Below are positions 52,915 to 61,011 of a DNA stretch of 61,850 nt, one piece after another (within the stretch, counting starts at the first letter, position 1; each line of letters opens with the position of its first letter). Made by a program: the position numbers and the translations under genes. This stretch comes from an uncultured Bacilli bacterium (GTDB lineage Bacteria > Bacillota_I > Bacilli_A > RF39 > UBA660). The notes under the pieces are model-generated. The model did no database searches and was not told where the DNA came from. It was given only the letters and a program-made list of their open reading frames with translations. The stretch spans positions 1-61,850 of the forward strand of contig CANQDI010000001.1 in NCBI GenBank assembly GCA_947591575.1. Direction: 5' to 3'.

Positions 52915-54429
52915 ATGAAGCAAAAATATTACATTACAACCCCGATTTACTATCCAAGTGCAAATTTTCATATTGGGCATTGTTATACAACGATTATTGC
53001 GGATGCAATTGCTCGATATAAACGCATGAAAGGATTTGACGTTTGTTTTCAAACAGGGACAGATGAACACGGTCAAAAAATTGAAAATAAAGCAAAAGAA
53101 GCAGGGGTTAGTCCAAAAGAATATGTTGATGAAATTGTTCAAAATGCAAAGGATTTGTGGAAATCACTTCAAATTTCATATGACAAATTTATTCGAACAA
53201 CAGATGAATTTCATGAAAAGGCTGTTCAAAAGATCTTTCTAAAACTTTATGAACAGGGAGATATATACAAAGGAGAGTATAAGGGACTTTATTGTACTCC
53301 TTGTGAATCATTTTGGACAGAAACGCAATTGATAGATGGAAAATGTCCTGATTGTGGTCGCGACGTACATGAGATAAAGGAAGAAGCATATTTTCTAAAA
53401 TTATCAAAATATCAAGATCGTTTGGTTGACTATATTGAATCTCATCCTGAATTTATTCAACCAGAATCGAGAAAAAAGGAAATGATAAATAATTTTATTC
53501 GTCCAGGATTAGAAGATTTATGTGTATCTAGAACAAGTTTTTCTTGGGGTATTCCTGTTTCTTTTGATCCCAAACATGTTGTTTATGTTTGGTTAGATGC
53601 ACTAACTAACTATATTACTTCTTTAGGTTATCTCAGTGATAATGATGAAGAATTTCAAAAGTATTGGCCAGCAGATTTACATTTAGTTGGAAAAGAAATT
53701 GTAAGATTTCACACCATTGTATGGCCTATTGTATTGATGGCATTAAATTTACCTCTTCCTAAACAAGTCTTTGGTCATGGATGGCTTGTTATTGATGGGG
53801 GAAAAATTTCAAAATCTTTAGGAAATTATAAAGATCCTAGAGAATATATTGAAGAATATGGAGTGGATGCTGTTCGATACTTTGTTTTAAGAGAAGTTTC
53901 CTTTGGAAATGATGGTACTTTTTCGATTGATGCCTTAATTAGTCGTACTAATGCGGATTTAGCCAATACATTAGGAAACTTAGTCAATAGAACTATTTCG
54001 ATGGCACATAAATATTTTTCCGGAACAATTGTTAATAAGAATCAGCAGGAATTAATAGATAAGGAACTTCTTCAAATGATTACTTCTCTTTCTTTGACTG
54101 TAGATGAAAAAATGAATCATTTACGAGTAAGCGAAGCTTTAGAAGAAATTTTTGAAGTTTTAAAACGGAGCAATAAATATATTGATGAAACAACACCATG
54201 GATCTTAGCAAAAGATGATTCTAAAAAGGATAGGTTAGAAACAATTCTATATACTCTTCTTGAATCCATTCGGGTTTGTGCTACTTTATTAGAACCATTT
54301 ATTCCAAGTACTTCAAAAGAAATATTTAAACAATTAAATGTAGAAGAGCATCAAGATACTTTCCTTGCCAATGTTACTTATATTGTGCAGGAACCAAAAG
54401 TTCTTTTTGCTCGAATTGAAAAAAAGTAA
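52915..54429 (+). CDS. metG: methionine--tRNA ligase (short form without C-terminal tRNA-binding domain)
   Basis: The 504-aa ORF has the HIGH motif (NFHIGH), the KMSKS motif (KISKSLGN) and a zinc knuckle (CTPCESFW...CPDCGRDV). Confidence 0.96.
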   Translation: MKQKYYITTPIYYPSANFHIGHCYTTIIADAIARYKRMKGFDVCFQTGTDEHGQKIENKAKEAGVSPKEYVDEIVQNAKDLWKSLQISYDKFIRTTDEFHEKAVQKIFLKLYEQGDIYKGEYKGLYCTPCESFWTETQLIDGKCPDCGRDVHEIKEEAYFLKLSKYQDRLVDYIESHPEFIQPESRKKEMINNFIRPGLEDLCVSRTSFSWGIPVSFDPKHVVYVWLDALTNYITSLGYLSDNDEEFQKYWPADLHLVGKEIVRFHTIVWPIVLMALNLPLPKQVFGHGWLVIDGGKISKSLGNYKDPREYIEEYGVDAVRYFVLREVSFGNDGTFSIDALISRTNADLANTLGNLVNRTISMAHKYFSGTIVNKNQQELIDKELLQMITSLSLTVDEKMNHLRVSEALEEIFEVLKRSNKYIDETTPWILAKDDSKKDRLETILYTLLESIRVCATLLEPFIPSTSKEIFKQLNVEEHQDTFLANVTYIVQEPKVLFARIEKK

Positions 54430-54456
54430 TTGACATTATTTTGTCAAATTTCATAG

Positions 54457-54488
54457 AAAAAGAAAAATTCTGAAGAGTTTTTCTTTTT
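54457..54488 (+). terminator. A/U-rich hairpin after metG (weak terminator candidate)
   Basis: The sequence reads AAAAAGAAAAA, loop TTCTGAAGAG, TTTTTCTTTTT. The stem is almost entirely A-U, so confidence is low. Confidence 0.4.
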
Positions 54489-54557
54489 GTTGTGGTATTA
54501 TCGAAGGGTAGTGCAAAGAAGTTTGGCGGTACTTGCGGTGAAGAAAGGAAAAGAAAA

Positions 54558-54728
54558 ATGCCAAAGTTAATCAAAAAAATAGGAGTAGAAAGACTTGTTT
54601 ATATTAGTATTACCCTTTTTTTGATTCTATTAGTAATTGAAGAAAGAAATGTTTTAGATTTCGGTTATTTATGCTTATTTATTTTTTATAGGATTCGTCT
54701 GCATCTTTTAAGACGGCACCTGCACTAG
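54558..54728 (+). CDS. possible small membrane protein (56 aa)
   Basis: An ATG follows GAAAGGAAAAG and there are two hydrophobic stretches (LVYISITLFLILLVI and FGYLCLFIFY). I do not recognise any homology, so this could be non-coding. Confidence 0.3.
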   Translation: MPKLIKKIGVERLVYISITLFLILLVIEERNVLDFGYLCLFIFYRIRLHLLRRHLH

Positions 54729-54770
54729 AAATAGTATGTAATTTATGATATCTTTGTTGTGGTGATATAG

Positions 54771-55520
54771 ATGATTGATACACATTGTCATTTTGATGTC
54801 AAAAGTAAGGATTTATTAAAAAAAGAATTAAAGGAAATTTACCAAAATGGAGTTGAAAAACTCATTGTAAGTTGTTGTACTAAAGAGGAACAAATGAAAA
54901 ATATTCCCCTTTTGTTAAACGAAGACATGGTTTATTTATCTTTAGGATTTCATCCAGAAGAAGCAGGAAAAATCTCTACAGAAGATTTGAATCATTTAGA
55001 AAAGATGCTGAAATCCCTTCCTCACGTAGTTGCTGTTGGTGAAATAGGACTTGATTACTTTTATACAAAAGACCAAAAGAAAGAACAAATTCAATTATTT
55101 GAAAGTCAATTGAAAATAGCAGAGAGACTTCATTTACCTGTAGTTATTCATTCACGAGATGCAACAGAGGATACTATTAATTTGCTTCAAAAATATAAAA
55201 TAAATGGGGTAATCCACTGCTTTTCTGGAAGCCTTGAGACAGCTAAAATTTATATGAAGATGGGATTTTTTCTAGGAATAGGAGGAGTTGTTACATTCAA
55301 AAATAGTCATTTAAAAGAAGTACTTTCTCAAATTCCATTAGAAAGCATTCTATTGGAAACAGATAGTCCTTATCTTACACCCGTTCCGTATAGAGGAAAA
55401 GAAAATAGTCCCAAATATCTTCCTATTATTGCACAATTTATCGCAGATTTAAAACAAAAAGATATTAAGATAGTAGAAGAAATTACGAATTCTAACTGTA
55501 AGCAAATCTTTCATATTTAG
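54771..55520 (+). CDS. tatD: TatD-family metal-dependent DNase/hydrolase (YabD-like)
   Basis: It starts MIDTHCHFD and contains EIGLDY, VIHSRDA, GVIHCFSG and LLETDSPYL. It sits in the metG-tatD order as in Bacillus. Confidence 0.93.
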   Translation: MIDTHCHFDVKSKDLLKKELKEIYQNGVEKLIVSCCTKEEQMKNIPLLLNEDMVYLSLGFHPEEAGKISTEDLNHLEKMLKSLPHVVAVGEIGLDYFYTKDQKKEQIQLFESQLKIAERLHLPVVIHSRDATEDTINLLQKYKINGVIHCFSGSLETAKIYMKMGFFLGIGGVVTFKNSHLKEVLSQIPLESILLETDSPYLTPVPYRGKENSPKYLPIIAQFIADLKQKDIKIVEEITNSNCKQIFHI

Positions 55521-55568
55521 ATTATTATGCAAATATCGAATATTTTAACAAAAAAAAGCAATGAAAAA

Positions 55569-55738
55569 TGTCAACTTAAAAAAAAGCTCTTGAGAAAGAA
55601 AAAAAGATATGTTATATTTTTAACATAAGGAGGATAGAAACATGAATAATAATTCATCAAAGCAAATCTTATTATCAGTGTTGGGAGTAGCTATTTTAGT
55701 AGTTGCAGTAGTTGGAGTATCATTTGCAGCATTTACAT
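55569..55738 (+). repeat. 170-nt direct repeat, copy A (promoter + RBS + signal-peptide coding region)
   Basis: It differs from 56311-56480 at only 3 positions. Similarity drops sharply at the predicted signal-peptide cleavage site. Confidence 0.95.
55590..55618 (+). promoter_or_regulatory. sigma-A promoter of TasA-like gene 1
   Basis: TTGAGA (55590-55595), a 17-nt spacer and an extended -10 TGTTATATT (hexamer at 55613-55618). Confidence 0.65.
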
Positions 55739-56274
55739 TTAGTGACACACAAGACAACAAGGAAAATACAATTACTACAGGTGCAATTACACTTACATAT
55801 CAAGAAAGTGAAAATGGTATATCTATTACGAATATGATGCCAACAAAAGATACAACAGGAAAAGCCTTAACGAATGATTCCACTGATGTAACAGGTGGTA
55901 GTACCAATGTGTTTGATTTTGCAATTAATGCAGACATTAAAGGAAAAACAACTATTAACTATACTGTTTCAGCAAAAAAACAAGATAGTACTCTAGATGA
56001 TAAATATGCCAAACTTTATTTAGAGACAATCAGTGAATTAGGTGCATCAACTGGTGTAGAAAAAATGGCTCCAAAAACTTACCAATTAGATGCTGATCCA
56101 AAGGTAGATAGTAATGGAAGACCAGCTGACGAAATGACTTTAACTACAGGAAGTTTCACAGCAAGTGCCAATCATTATTATCGTCTAAAAATGTGGGTTG
56201 ATGAATCATACGTGCCAGATGGTACTTCAAAGTCTTTTACGGTTAAAGTAAATGTTTATGCTAAAGCAGCATAA
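55642..56274 (+). CDS. TasA/camelysin-like secreted protein with SipW-dependent-type signal peptide (paralogue 1)
   Basis: The N-terminus reads MNNNSSKQILLSVLGVAILVVAVVGVSFA/AFTFSDTQDNKENTITTGAITL. This parallels B. subtilis TasA (...GGGTWA/AFNDIKSKDATFASGTLDL). The C-terminal motif is YYRLKMWV...FTVKVNV. The RBS is AGGAGG. Confidence 0.8.
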   Translation: MNNNSSKQILLSVLGVAILVVAVVGVSFAAFTFSDTQDNKENTITTGAITLTYQESENGISITNMMPTKDTTGKALTNDSTDVTGGSTNVFDFAINADIKGKTTINYTVSAKKQDSTLDDKYAKLYLETISELGASTGVEKMAPKTYQLDADPKVDSNGRPADEMTLTTGSFTASANHYYRLKMWVDESYVPDGTSKSFTVKVNVYAKAA

Positions 56275-56280
56275 TAAAAA

Positions 56281-56309
56281 AAGAAATCTTCCTTTGATTT
56301 CTTTTTTTT
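56281..56309 (+). terminator. intrinsic terminator after paralogue 1
   Basis: The sequence reads AAGAAATC, loop TTCCTTT, GATTTCTT, then TTTTTT. Confidence 0.8.
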
Positions 56310-56310
56310 G

Positions 56311-56480
56311 TGTCAACTTAAAAAAAAGCTCTTGAGAAAGAAAAAAAGATATGTTATATTTTTAACATAAGGAGGATAGAAACATGAATAATAATTCATC
56401 AAAACAAATCTTATTATCAGTGTTGGGAGTAGCTATCTTAGTGGTTGCAGTAGTTGGAGTATCATTTGCAGCATTTACAT
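56311..56480 (+). repeat. 170-nt direct repeat, copy B
   Basis: It pairs with 55569-55738 at a 742-bp offset. Confidence 0.95.
56332..56360 (+). promoter_or_regulatory. sigma-A promoter of TasA-like gene 2
   Basis: It is identical to the gene 1 promoter: TTGAGA, a 17-nt spacer and TGTTATATT. Confidence 0.65.
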
Positions 56481-56998
56481 GGAGTGCTGGTGATCAAAGT
56501 ACTAAATCAAATACAGTTAGTACAGGTACTATCACTATGACTTATCAAGAAGATACAAATGCTATTTCTATTCAAAACGCAATGCCTATGTCAGAGTCAG
56601 AAGGAATGAATCAAAGTGGAACAAATCAAGTTTTTGATTTTGGAATTCATGCAAGCATTAGCGGAAAAACAACTATTAATTATGCTGTTTCTGCAAAAGC
56701 AAAAGATGGTAATACATTAGATTCCCAATACGTTGATTTGTATGTTGAGGAAATTAATGAAATAGGTGGAACTAAATCTGGTGTAGCAATGGCAGCAACA
56801 CCATTTGCAACAACGGGAGCAGATACTACAACTGGAAAACCAGCAAATGAAATGACTCTTGTTTCAGGTAACTTTACAGCAACTGGTGATAAGTATTATC
56901 GCTTAAAGATGTGGGTTAACGAAAGCTATACAGTAGCTGATGAAGCAAAAACCTTTACGGTTACCCTTAATGCTTATGCTAAAGCGGCTGCTCAATAA
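56384..56998 (+). CDS. TasA/camelysin-like secreted protein with SipW-dependent-type signal peptide (paralogue 2)
   Basis: The signal peptide is identical at the protein level to paralogue 1. The mature start is AFTWSAGDQSTKSNTVSTGTITM. Shared blocks include NAMPMSE, VFDFGI, GKTTINYAVSAK, YYRLKMWV and FTVTLNAYAKAA. Confidence 0.8.
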   Translation: MNNNSSKQILLSVLGVAILVVAVVGVSFAAFTWSAGDQSTKSNTVSTGTITMTYQEDTNAISIQNAMPMSESEGMNQSGTNQVFDFGIHASISGKTTINYAVSAKAKDGNTLDSQYVDLYVEEINEIGGTKSGVAMAATPFATTGADTTTGKPANEMTLVSGNFTATGDKYYRLKMWVNESYTVADEAKTFTVTLNAYAKAAAQ

Positions 56999-57014
56999 GA
57001 TAAAGTATATTTAG

Positions 57015-57040
57015 AAAAGTAGATCATATCTACTTTTTCT
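57015..57040 (+). terminator. intrinsic terminator after paralogue 2
   Basis: The sequence reads AAAAGTAGAT, loop CAT, ATCTACTTTT, then TCTTT. Confidence 0.65.
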
Positions 57041-57068
57041 TTGCATTTTTTTCTCTTTATGCTATAAT
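57040..57068 (+). promoter_or_regulatory. sigma-A promoter of TasA-like gene 3
   Basis: TTTGCA (57040-57045), a 17-nt spacer and TGCTATAAT (TATAAT at 57063-57068). Confidence 0.65.
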
Positions 57069-57091
57069 TTTTTATAGTAGGAGGAGCAGAT

Positions 57092-57709
57092 ATGGATCAT
57101 AATGTTGAAGAAAATGAAAATAGAAAGGGTTCTTTATTTATTAGTATTTTAGCACTTCTCATTTTATTTGTTGCAATCTTTGGAGTATCTTTTGCAACCA
57201 TTACATTTACAAATAATGACAATTCATCTAATACAATTCGAACAGGAGAATTAAGAATGTATTATACAGAAGATACTAATGGTATTTCTATTGAAAATGC
57301 AATGCCTATGTCAGATGATGTTGGAATGAAAATGAATGCAGAAAATCAATATTTTGATTTTACCGTTGGAACAACAATTAAAGGGAAAGCAACAATTTCT
57401 TATGAAATTTCAGCAGAAAAAGATGTCAACTCTACTTTAAAGAATGAAAATGTTAAACTTTATTTAGAAAAGAAACGAGGAGCTATTTATGAACAGGAAA
57501 TGGCACCAACAGTCTTTACACCATTAAAAAAGCAAACTGATTGGGGAACAGAAAAAGGAACCATGTTGTTAGCTACAGGAACATCCAAACAAACAGAAGA
57601 GATTCAATATCGTTTAAGAATGTGGGTAAAACAAGATACAGTGATCACAGGTACTAGTGAAAATTTCACGGTTCGCGTAAATGTAAAAGGTGGAGTTCTT
57701 CCAGAATAG
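57092..57709 (+). CDS. TasA/camelysin-like secreted protein with SipW-dependent-type signal peptide (paralogue 3, divergent)
   Basis: The anchor LFISILALLILFVAIFGVSFA is followed by TITFTNNDNSSNTIRTGELRM. Shared blocks include NAMPMSDD, YFDFTV, GKATISYEISAE, YRLRMWV and FTVRVNV. Confidence 0.78.
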   Translation: MDHNVEENENRKGSLFISILALLILFVAIFGVSFATITFTNNDNSSNTIRTGELRMYYTEDTNGISIENAMPMSDDVGMKMNAENQYFDFTVGTTIKGKATISYEISAEKDVNSTLKNENVKLYLEKKRGAIYEQEMAPTVFTPLKKQTDWGTEKGTMLLATGTSKQTEEIQYRLRMWVKQDTVITGTSENFTVRVNVKGGVLPE

Positions 57710-57735
57710 CTATGTAAAACATGGCTTTTTCTTTG
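57708..57735 (+). terminator. probable terminator after paralogue 3
   Basis: AGCTATG, loop TAAAA, CATGGCT (with one G-U pair), then TTTTTCTTT. Confidence 0.5.
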
Positions 57736-57803
57736 ATATTTATTTTATTTTATCTTATTTTGTGTTATGATAATAATAGTTAAGAATAAGATGGGTGATA
57801 AAG

Positions 57804-58481
57804 ATGAGAGAAGAAAGTCATTCTCGTAAATCTACATTTTTTTATATTAAAAAAATATTGCATTTTATTACCACCGTTATCATGTATGTTATATTACTCA
57901 TCATGATTTTAGTGGCTATTCTTTTTGCCCTTTATTTTTTAGATCAAAAGAAAAACTTAGATAGTGGTAAAAATTTACCGCCTCTTTTTAATGCGTATGT
58001 TATTATTAGTCCTAGTATGGTGCCTACTATTAATGTAGAAGACGCTGTCGTTACAAAAAGAGTTAAAGAAAGCGAATTAAAAAAGGGAGATATTATTACA
58101 TTTAATTCTCCCGATTATCGGTACTCTGGAATTACCGTAACACATCGTATTGTAGGAATTGAAAAAACAAGTGATGGAAAAACACTCTACACTACCAAAG
58201 GAGATAATAATAATACCCCAGATAGTACAAGAATTACATATGATAATATCTATGGAAAAGCGATTTTGCGAATCCCAATGATTGGTTATTTACAGTACTT
58301 TTTAACACAAGCATATGGCTGGATTATTGCTGTTGTTATTCCTTGTCTTGGCATTATTATTTATGATATCATTAAACTAATTAAGACAATCAAAAGAAGT
58401 ATTGTTCCACAAAAAAAGAAGAGAAAAACTTATAAAGAAAAACCAAATCAAATGAAAGATAAAAGAAGGAGATTTAAGTAA
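57804..58481 (+). CDS. sipW: signal peptidase I, SipW (ER/archaeal Ser-His) type
   Basis: SPSMVPT (catalytic Ser), GDIITF, VTHRIV (catalytic His), TKGDNN and a C-terminal TM align with B. subtilis SipW (SGSMEPEF, GDVITF, VTHRIV, TKGDNN). It has a basic C-terminal tail. The ORF-track GTG is at 57795. Confidence 0.88.
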   Translation: MREESHSRKSTFFYIKKILHFITTVIMYVILLIMILVAILFALYFLDQKKNLDSGKNLPPLFNAYVIISPSMVPTINVEDAVVTKRVKESELKKGDIITFNSPDYRYSGITVTHRIVGIEKTSDGKTLYTTKGDNNNTPDSTRITYDNIYGKAILRIPMIGYLQYFLTQAYGWIIAVVIPCLGIIIYDIIKLIKTIKRSIVPQKKKRKTYKEKPNQMKDKRRRFK

Positions 58482-58483
58482 AA

Positions 58484-59020
58484 ATGAAAAAAAGAATTGC
58501 ACTGTTTTTTGCCGGAATTGTTTTGTTTGTATTCATCTTTATTACCTCGATTGCATGGAGTAGAATCTTTTTTAATGAAGAAGAAGTAGGAGATGTAACT
58601 ATTTTGAATATTGAATTTTCTGATGAACATCATTCAATCGATACAACGCAAGTGGCTCCTTTAGAAGAACCTATTGAAACATTAGAGCCCTATCAGTTTC
58701 GGTTAACGAATACAAGTTCTCATAATAGTCATTATCAATTACTTCTTGAAGAAGATCCTATTTCCAATAAAATTGGGTATCGTCAAGAAGATTTGTTGAC
58801 GAGAGAACAATTAAATTATGAACTTTCTTTAAATGGAAGTGTTATTAAAAAAGCTAAATTATCTACTATCAAAAATAATGTATTAGATGATCGGGTTATT
58901 CAGGGAAATAAAGAAAATAGTTATACTTTAAAAGTATGGGTTCATGATCAGGTAAAAGCAGGGGAATGGGAAAATAAGTATTATCATTATAAAGTAACTG
59001 TAAAAGTCATAGGAGAGTGA
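58484..59020 (+). CDS. membrane-anchored/secreted protein, distant fourth paralogue of the TasA-like proteins (TapA-like accessory candidate)
   Basis: An N-terminal TM ends in ...TSIAWSRIFFNEEE. The C-terminus YTLKVWVHDQVKAGEWENKYYHYKVTVKVIGE mirrors YYRLKMWVDESY...FTVKVNV of the paralogues. It lies 2 nt downstream of sipW. Confidence 0.7.
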   Translation: MKKRIALFFAGIVLFVFIFITSIAWSRIFFNEEEVGDVTILNIEFSDEHHSIDTTQVAPLEEPIETLEPYQFRLTNTSSHNSHYQLLLEEDPISNKIGYRQEDLLTREQLNYELSLNGSVIKKAKLSTIKNNVLDDRVIQGNKENSYTLKVWVHDQVKAGEWENKYYHYKVTVKVIGE

Positions 59021-59024
59021 TAAA

Positions 59025-59720
59025 ATGAAATCTTTCTTTGTAGAATATGCAAATATTGTTGCGACGACCATCCTTGGTTTGCTTTTTGGATTATCGTTTT
59101 TCTTGTTATATGTTAATTTTTATCATTATAAAGAAATTCAAACTACATATACTCCAAATACTGAAAATGGTACAGATTATGAAAATATACTTGCTCAAGT
59201 AAATGAGATAAGATCTGATGCTAATTCCTATTATCAAGCTACATACCGTGGACAAGAAAGTATATATGACATGTCTGGGTTACAAACAAAATTCAACTCT
59301 TGTATGGATAACTTTGAAAGCGAAGAATTAAAAAAATTACTAGATAAAGAAACTTTTGATATTCGTGATGTTTCTGATTTAATTCATTATTATCAAAATC
59401 GTATTTTAAATGATTGTCTTGTAGTGCAATTGTATAATATTGCCAATGAAGAAAATCCTAGTATTCAAATAGAACGATTAAAAGTATTAGCTCCATTTAT
59501 TAAAAACGAAATAGATTTATTTATTTCAACAGGTGTAGGATATGTAAAATCAAACATTCGAAATAATGATAGCTATTACTTTAGTAATCAAAGTGCTAAA
59601 AACACTATCTTTGAATTAACAAAAAATAGTTATTTAGAAATTATAAATCGTTATAAACAATCTTTAACATTTATTAAAACCTTGTCAGGTTGGTATAGAA
59701 CTGTTGCTCAAGGAGGATAA
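59025..59720 (+). CDS. hypothetical single-pass membrane protein (231 aa)
   Basis: It has one N-terminal TM (IVATTILGLLFGLSFFLLYV) followed by a ~190-aa soluble domain. It is tightly coupled to the flanking genes (4-nt and 1-nt gaps). I do not recognise the family. Confidence 0.65.
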   Translation: MKSFFVEYANIVATTILGLLFGLSFFLLYVNFYHYKEIQTTYTPNTENGTDYENILAQVNEIRSDANSYYQATYRGQESIYDMSGLQTKFNSCMDNFESEELKKLLDKETFDIRDVSDLIHYYQNRILNDCLVVQLYNIANEENPSIQIERLKVLAPFIKNEIDLFISTGVGYVKSNIRNNDSYYFSNQSAKNTIFELTKNSYLEIINRYKQSLTFIKTLSGWYRTVAQGG

Positions 59721-59721
59721 A

Positions 59722-60153
59722 ATGAAAAAAATATTTAATGTTATTTTCTATTATTTACAACTTATTTTATTTGTTGGTGCTTTTTGTTTAACTTTTTTCA
59801 TCATGTTACAGATGAATCGTCGTCTTGAAAAAAGTTTTTTTACAACAATTGATGTCTTTGTTCCTTTTATCATTTTATTTATTCTTTTAATCATCAATAT
59901 TCTTGCTAATCAAAAAACTGTAAAAAAGAATCTTTTTTATAATATTACCTCTTTTCTTATTTTTGGAACAATTTCAATCGTTGCATTAAGGGCAATATTT
60001 GATCATTATTTAATTATGGGAACACTTAATAGTTATCAAATTGATTTTAATTATTTTGCTAATTTTATTCCATTTTTGAAGATTATGATATATGGTCTTT
60101 CTCTTGCTAATTTTCTTTTTATGTTTCATCTTAAGGAAAAGAAGAAGCAGTAA
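59722..60153 (+). CDS. hypothetical polytopic membrane protein (143 aa, ~4 TM)
   Basis: I prefer the ATG at 59722, which follows GGAGGA, over the ORF-track start at 59704. It has four hydrophobic segments and is the last gene of the sipW operon. Confidence 0.65.
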   Translation: MKKIFNVIFYYLQLILFVGAFCLTFFIMLQMNRRLEKSFFTTIDVFVPFIILFILLIINILANQKTVKKNLFYNITSFLIFGTISIVALRAIFDHYLIMGTLNSYQIDFNYFANFIPFLKIMIYGLSLANFLFMFHLKEKKKQ

Positions 60154-60177
60154 GCACAGTAGTACTTTTTTCTTTGG

Positions 60178-60206
60178 TTGTTTCTATTTAAAAATTTCGA
60201 TATAAT
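60178..60206 (+). promoter_or_regulatory. candidate sigma-A promoter of rsmA
   Basis: TTGTTT, a 17-nt spacer and TATAAT (60201-60206). Confidence 0.55.
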
Positions 60207-60222
60207 AAATGTGGTGATCTAG

Positions 60223-61011
60223 ATGGAAACGTTTTATTTTAAAAAGAAATATGGCCAGAATTTTTTAAAAAATCCTAAAATTCTTGAAAAAATTGCAGCG
60301 ATTCCATGTTATCAAGAAGATTCTCTTGTTATGGAAGTAGGTCCAGGAGGAGGAGCTCTTACAAAACAGCTCGCCAAGCAAGTAAAGCAAGTCGTTTGTT
60401 ATGAAATTGACCATGATTTAGAAGATCCATTAGCAATTGCATTACAAGAGTTCTCTAATGTAAAGCTGTTTTTTGAAGATTTTTTAAAGAGAGATATTGT
60501 AAAGGATATTTCATCCTTTCATTATCAGCATTTATATTTTGTAAGTAATGTTCCCTATTATATTACAACGCCCATTCTTTTTAAATTATTAGAGTCTCAT
60601 CTTCCTTTTGAAGAAATTGTTATGTTGGTGCAAAAAGAGGTAGGAGAACGCTTTACAGCCCTTCCTGGAAGTAAGCAATATGGTGCTTTGACTGTTCTTC
60701 TACATTATTATTTTGATATTCAAAAATGTTTTGTTGTAGGAAGAAAAGAATTTGTACCTATGCCACATGTAGATAGTTTAGTTGTCTCTTTTCAAAGAAA
60801 AAAGGAATTGCTGTATTTAAAAGATGAAAAAACATTTTTTGAACTTGTTCATAATAGTTTTCGTTTTAAAAGAAAGACACTTTATAATAATTTAAAGGAG
60901 TATGATATAAAAAAATTAGAACCGATTTTAAAAAAATATGGATTTTCTTTCACAACAAGGGCAGAGCAGATTCCTTATGAAGTCTTTGTAGCAATGGCAA
61001 ATCAATTATAA
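60223..61011 (+). CDS. rsmA: 16S rRNA (adenine1518/1519-N6)-dimethyltransferase RsmA/KsgA
   Basis: It contains KKKYGQNFL, EVGPGGGALT and NVPYYITTPIL. Confidence 0.95.
   Translation: METFYFKKKYGQNFLKNPKILEKIAAIPCYQEDSLVMEVGPGGGALTKQLAKQVKQVVCYEIDHDLEDPLAIALQEFSNVKLFFEDFLKRDIVKDISSFHYQHLYFVSNVPYYITTPILFKLLESHLPFEEIVMLVQKEVGERFTALPGSKQYGALTVLLHYYFDIQKCFVVGRKEFVPMPHVDSLVVSFQRKKELLYLKDEKTFFELVHNSFRFKRKTLYNNLKEYDIKKLEPILKKYGFSFTTRAEQIPYEVFVAMANQL

Noticed and set aside
58448-58633. 61-aa minus-strand ORF spanning the sipW / downstream-gene junction
   Set aside because: It is antisense to two tightly coupled plus-strand genes, has no RBS and has a low-complexity translation.
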